From Isosphaeraceae bacterium (GTDB lineage Bacteria > Planctomycetota > Planctomycetia > Isosphaerales > Isosphaeraceae), in assembly GCA_965201075.1 (NCBI GenBank), contig CBDAVP010000016.1, positions 372,001 through 436,000 on the forward strand: a stretch of 64,000 nucleotides of DNA, read 5' to 3'. A model generated the notes under the pieces. The model was not told the origin of the DNA. It did not search any database and saw nothing but the letters and a program-made list of their open reading frames with translations. Made by a program: the position numbers and the translations under genes. Positions 59,791 through 64,000 of this stretch are shown in pieces. Numbering within the stretch: the stretch's first letter is position 1; each line of letters begins with the position of its first letter.

Positions 59791-60768
59791 ATGCCCGAGC
59801 TCTCCTATCGAGAAGCCCTTCGGCAGGCCATGACCGAGGAGATGGAGCGCGACGACCGCGTCTTCCTGATGGGAGAAGAGGTCGCCGAATATAACGGGGC
59901 CTACAAGGTCAGCGAGGGGATGCTCGACCGCTTCGGCCCCCGGCGGATTGTCGACACGCCCATTTCCGAGACGGGTTTCGCCGGGTTGGGCATCGGCGCC
60001 GCGATGGTCGGCTTGCGGCCGATCGTCGAGTTCATGACCTTCAGCTTCAGCTTCGTCTCGTTTGACCAGATCGTCAACAACGCCGCCAACATGCGGTACA
60101 TGAGCGGCGGGCAGTTCTCGTTGCCGATCGTCTTCCGGGGGAACTCGGGCATCGCCGGCAACCTTGGCGCGACCCACTCGCATCGGCCCGAGGCGCTCTT
60201 TTCGCATTTTCCCGGCCTGACGGTGGTCATGCCCTCGACCCCCGCCGACGCCAAGGGGCTGCTCAAGAGCGCGATTCGCTCCGACGACCCGATCGTCTTC
60301 ATCGAGCACGAGAACTTGTTGGGCTCCCGGGGTGAGGTTCCCGACGGCGACGTGACTGTGCCGATCGGCCAGGCTGTCATCCGCCGCCCAGGACAGGATG
60401 TGACGCTCATCACCTACTCGCGGTCGCTCGTGACGACCCTGGTCGCCGCCGAGCAACTGGCCTCCGAGGGGATCGACGCCGAGGTCATCGACCTTCGCAC
60501 GATTCGTCCCCTGGACGTTGAGACCCTGTTGACATCGGTCCGCAAGACCCATCGGGCCGTCATTATCGAGGAAGACTGGCCGTATTGCGGCCTCGGCGCC
60601 AGCGTCGCCGACCGCATCTACCAGGTCGCCTTCGACGAACTGGACGCCCCGATCCGGCGAGTGGCCACCAAGGATTCCCCCGTTCCCTACAATAAAGCGC
60701 TAGAAGCCTCGATGCTGCCGACGCCCGAGCGGGTCGTGGCTCAGGTAAAGGACGTGATGTACCGGTAG
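59791..60768 (+). CDS. pdhB: Pyruvate dehydrogenase E1 beta
   Basis: MGEEVAEYNGAYKV, DTPISE, EFMTFSF, ATHSH, IDLRTIRPLD. Confidence 0.96.
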   Translation: MPELSYREALRQAMTEEMERDDRVFLMGEEVAEYNGAYKVSEGMLDRFGPRRIVDTPISETGFAGLGIGAAMVGLRPIVEFMTFSFSFVSFDQIVNNAANMRYMSGGQFSLPIVFRGNSGIAGNLGATHSHRPEALFSHFPGLTVVMPSTPADAKGLLKSAIRSDDPIVFIEHENLLGSRGEVPDGDVTVPIGQAVIRRPGQDVTLITYSRSLVTTLVAAEQLASEGIDAEVIDLRTIRPLDVETLLTSVRKTHRAVIIEEDWPYCGLGASVADRIYQVAFDELDAPIRRVATKDSPVPYNKALEASMLPTPERVVAQVKDVMYR

Positions 60769-60784
60769 CCTCGGATGACCCGGC

Positions 60785-61066
60785 ATGCCGCGAAAGGTTC
60801 GGGATGTCGTGACCCACGCCGCCCGGTACATCAAACTCGTGGAATGGCCTCAGGAGGACGATGCGTTCGTGGGCCAGTGCCCCGGGATCATCGGCCCCTG
60901 CTGCCACGGCTCGGACCAGGTCGAGGTGTATCGAGAGCTTTGTCAGATCGTTGAGGAATGGATCGAGATCGCCCGACAGGGTGGGCAACGCCTGCCCGAA
61001 CCGACCGCGAGCACCGATTCGGCGCGACGAATCGAGCGACTGATCCTGACGCGAGACGTTCCCTGA
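60785..61066 (+). CDS. Short HicB-family antitoxin-like protein (no adjacent hicA)
   Basis: YIKLVEW..EDDAFVGQCPGIIGPCCHG....EVYREL..IVEEWIE......LPEP matches the HicB partial RNase H fold. Confidence 0.8.
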   Translation: MPRKVRDVVTHAARYIKLVEWPQEDDAFVGQCPGIIGPCCHGSDQVEVYRELCQIVEEWIEIARQGGQRLPEPTASTDSARRIERLILTRDVP

Positions 61067-61188
61067 TGCTGTGCATTCGACCTGATGAGAGGCTCTCGTT
61101 TCTCGAAATTTCCGCGGGTTTGACGAATCAAGTCTGATCCCTCGTCAATTCGGCGACCCGAGCCAACCCTCGCCTCCGGAGACTGCCC

Positions 61189-62520
61189 GTGCCGATCGAA
61201 GTGAATCTGGCCAAACTCAGCCCGACGATGGAGAGTGGGCAGATGGTCCGCTGGCTGGTCAAGGTCGGCGACGCGGTCAAGGAAGGGGACACCCTCGCCG
61301 AGATCCAGACCGACAAGGCCGTCATGCCGATGGAGGCCTTCGACGACGGCACGGTCGCGGTGATCGACATCCAGGAGGGCGAGGAGATCGCCCTGGGTCA
61401 GCGAGTTCTGGTGCTGGCCAAGAAAGGGGAGGACCCCAAGGCCGTCGCCCAATCCGCGGGCAAGGGTCGGGCGCCCGCCGGCTTGGCCGAGGCGTCGATC
61501 ACCGTCCGCAAGGATTTCGACAGCCAGGAAGAGACCAACACCCCCCGTCCCCGAGAGACCGCCGAGGCGGCCGGCACCAACGGCCAGGGGCACGCCGCTT
61601 TGCCCCCCACGCCCGTCGCCGATGAGCCGGCGAGAGCGACGGGTGGGCGGATCAAGTCGACTCCGCTGGCCCGCAAGGTCGCCGCGGCGTCGCAGGTCGA
61701 CCTCGCCCAGGTCAAGGCCAGCGGTCCCGGAGGCCGGGTCATCCGCGCCGATGTGGAAACCTTTCTCGAAACGCGGGCGAAGGCCCCGGCCCCGTCGAGG
61801 TCCGGCAGCGCAGGCAGGTCCGCCCCAACTGGTGAGCCTGAGCGCATCCCCCTGAACCGGATGCGGCTGGCGATCGCCAAGGGGATGACCGAGGCCAAGC
61901 GCAACGCTCCCGATATTCATGTGACTGTTGACATTCGGGTCGATCAGATCGTGGCGGTCCGCGAGCGGCTGAACAAGGCACTGGCCAAGGACAAGGTCAA
62001 GCTCTCGGTGGGCGACTTCGTCACCAAGGCCGTGGCCGTCGCCCTGCGACGCCACCCCGAGATGAACGCCACGTTCGAGGACAACACGATCCTTCGCCAC
62101 CCCAACGTCAACGTGGGAATCGCCGTGGCGATCGACGGTGGCCTGATCGTGCCGGTCCTGCGAGACGCTGACCGCCTCGGTCTGAAGGAAGTCCGCACCG
62201 GCAGCGAAGCCCTTTACGATGCGGCTCGCCAGATGAAGCTGACCACCGAGCAGATGACCGGCGGCACCTTCACCATCAGCAATCTGGGGATGTACGGCGT
62301 CAAGCAGTTCGACGCCATCCTGAACCTGCCTCAGGTCGGCATCCTCGCCGTCGGCGCCGCCGAGAAGCGGCCGGTCGTCGTCGAGGATGCCCTGACTGTC
62401 GGCACGGTCATGACCGTCACCCTGACGGCCGACCATCGGGCCATCGACGGCGCCGCCGCCGCCGAGTTCCTTCGCACCTTCAAGGGCCTGCTCGAGGAAC
62501 CGACCTCGATGCTGCTCTGA
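61189..62520 (+). CDS. pdhC: Dihydrolipoamide acetyltransferase (E2p)
   Basis: LSPTMESG, EIQTDKA, STPLARK, SGPGGRVI, TISNLGMYG, DHRAIDGA. Confidence 0.96.
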   Translation: MPIEVNLAKLSPTMESGQMVRWLVKVGDAVKEGDTLAEIQTDKAVMPMEAFDDGTVAVIDIQEGEEIALGQRVLVLAKKGEDPKAVAQSAGKGRAPAGLAEASITVRKDFDSQEETNTPRPRETAEAAGTNGQGHAALPPTPVADEPARATGGRIKSTPLARKVAAASQVDLAQVKASGPGGRVIRADVETFLETRAKAPAPSRSGSAGRSAPTGEPERIPLNRMRLAIAKGMTEAKRNAPDIHVTVDIRVDQIVAVRERLNKALAKDKVKLSVGDFVTKAVAVALRRHPEMNATFEDNTILRHPNVNVGIAVAIDGGLIVPVLRDADRLGLKEVRTGSEALYDAARQMKLTTEQMTGGTFTISNLGMYGVKQFDAILNLPQVGILAVGAAEKRPVVVEDALTVGTVMTVTLTADHRAIDGAAAAEFLRTFKGLLEEPTSMLL

Positions 62521-62558
62521 TCCCCTCGACTTCGGACTCGCATCACTCGAAAGGCATC

Positions 62559-63944
62559 ATGGCTTACGACTTCGATATCCTCGTCATCGGCGGCGGCCCG
62601 GCCGGGTACGCCGGGGCGATCCGGGCCGCGCAGCTGGGCAAGCGGGTGCTTTGCGTCGAACGCGACAAGCTTGGCGGGATTTGCCTGAACTGGGGATGCA
62701 TCCCCACCAAGGCCCTGCTGACCAACGCCCACCTCGTCGAGCTGATTACCCGCCACGGCAAGCAGTTCGGCTACAAGGGAGACGCCTCCTGGGACTTCGG
62801 GCAGATGATCGCCCGCAGTCGGGGGGTCGCCTCGAACCTCAACAAGGGGATCGAGGGGCTGTTTCGCAAGTACAAGGTCCAGCACAAGCTGGGCACGGCC
62901 AAGGTCGTCAAGCCGCATACCGTCCAGGTCGGCGATGAGACGTTCACCGCCGAGTCGATTGTCATCGCCACCGGCGTCCGCCCCCGCCCTTTGCCGGGCG
63001 CTGAGTTCGACGGCAAGACCATCCTCTCTTACAAGGAGGCGATGAGTCTGCCGAAGCAGCCAAAGTCGATGCTCATCATCGGCGCCGGGCCGATCGGCCT
63101 GGAGTTCGGCTACTTCTACAACGCCATTGGCACCAAGGTGACGGTGGTCGAACTGCTCGACCGCATCCTCCCCGGAGAAGACGAGGAAGTCTCGGCCGCC
63201 CTGGCCCAGAGTCTTTCCAAACGGGGCATCCAGATCCTGACCAGCTCCAAGACTGGCAAGGTCGAGAAGACCGCCGACGGGGTGCGCGTCCAGGTCGAAA
63301 CGCCCAAGGGCACGCAGACAATCGAGGCCGAGGTGATGCTCGTCTCGATCGGGGTGCTAGGCAACGTCGAGAACCTGTTCGCCGACAATCTGGGGGTCGA
63401 GCTGTTCAAGGGGCACGTCAAGGCCGACCCGAAGCGGGGCTACCGCACCAACGTCGAGGGCTTGTATGCCGTGGGCGACGTGATCGGCCCCCCTTGGCTG
63501 GCGCACGTCGCCCATCATGAGGCCCTGGCCTGTGTCGAGGAGCTTTGCGGACACGGGACGCACCCGGTCGACTACTCGAACGTCCCCGGCTGCACCTACA
63601 CCGACCCGGGCGTCGCCAGTGTCGGCCTCACCGAAAAGGCGGCCAGGGAAACGGGCCGGAAGCTGCGGATTGGCAAGTTCCCCTTCATCGCCAGCGGCCG
63701 GGCCCAGGCCGCCGATGAGACCGAGGGGTTCGTGAAACTGATCTTCGACGCCGAGCATGGCGAACTGCTGGGGGCCCACCTCATCGGCTCGCAGGCCACG
63801 GAGCTGATTGCCGAACTGGTGATGGCCAAGAAGCTGGAAGCCACCGAGGAAGACATTTTGCGGGCGATGCACCCGCACCCAACCTACTCCGAGGCGATCA
63901 TGGAGGCCGCCGGCCAGGGGCTGGGGGCTTCGGTCCACATCTGA
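62559..63944 (+). CDS. lpdA: Dihydrolipoamide dehydrogenase (E3, pdh-associated paralog)
   Basis: GGGPAGY, GGICLNWGCIPTK, GAGPIGLE, WLAHVA, HPHPTYSE. Confidence 0.96.
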   Translation: MAYDFDILVIGGGPAGYAGAIRAAQLGKRVLCVERDKLGGICLNWGCIPTKALLTNAHLVELITRHGKQFGYKGDASWDFGQMIARSRGVASNLNKGIEGLFRKYKVQHKLGTAKVVKPHTVQVGDETFTAESIVIATGVRPRPLPGAEFDGKTILSYKEAMSLPKQPKSMLIIGAGPIGLEFGYFYNAIGTKVTVVELLDRILPGEDEEVSAALAQSLSKRGIQILTSSKTGKVEKTADGVRVQVETPKGTQTIEAEVMLVSIGVLGNVENLFADNLGVELFKGHVKADPKRGYRTNVEGLYAVGDVIGPPWLAHVAHHEALACVEELCGHGTHPVDYSNVPGCTYTDPGVASVGLTEKAARETGRKLRIGKFPFIASGRAQAADETEGFVKLIFDAEHGELLGAHLIGSQATELIAELVMAKKLEATEEDILRAMHPHPTYSEAIMEAAGQGLGASVHI

Positions 63945-64000
63945 GTCGGTTGCCAACACGGATCACCCTTGACCCAAGAAGAGTCGTGATTCTCGACCAA

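Overview
High-GC bacterial window, most likely from a planctomycete of the Isosphaeraceae type (inferred from the 'LEERTLLS' exported-protein leader, an 'RFTLSRLMIAVA' N-terminus and overall gene content). Positions 1-6.1 kb are accessory: the 5' part of a large surface protein, IS66 and IS5/ISNCY remnants, and an AT-rich orphan gene. Next come housekeeping genes (isochorismatase, serine/alanine-glyoxylate aminotransferase, pyrF) and tRNA-Pro(GGG), which abuts a vapBC pair with zero spacing, followed by an SNF2 ATPase and a SWIM protein with a 5x21-aa basic repeat tail. The middle holds uvrA, an MFS transporter, nadA, an EEP hydrolase, an Smr-less MutS2, glgB, a HEAT lipoprotein, a monocistronic Lys/Ala-tail plus winged-helix protein (linker-histone-like architecture), ruvAB, a pdaD-DHS(speY-like)-sua5 operon, a 1971-aa multimodular secreted glycosidase-like protein, an unannotated ~150-nt rod-like structured RNA candidate, an ABC module, mqnD, aroC and purC. 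The window ends with a central-metabolism cluster (sucA-sucB-lpd-acnA[frameshifted]-pdhA-pdhB-pdhC-lpd) interrupted by small accessory genes: a ParB/Srx-like plus DUF1040-like coupled pair, an orphan HicB and a small membrane protein. The best novelty candidates are the structured RNA at 38327-38476, the H1-like winged-helix protein, the ParB-like/DUF1040-like two-gene module and the tRNA-vapBC-SNF2-SWIM block. All calls come from reading the sequence by eye; no searches or folding programs were run.
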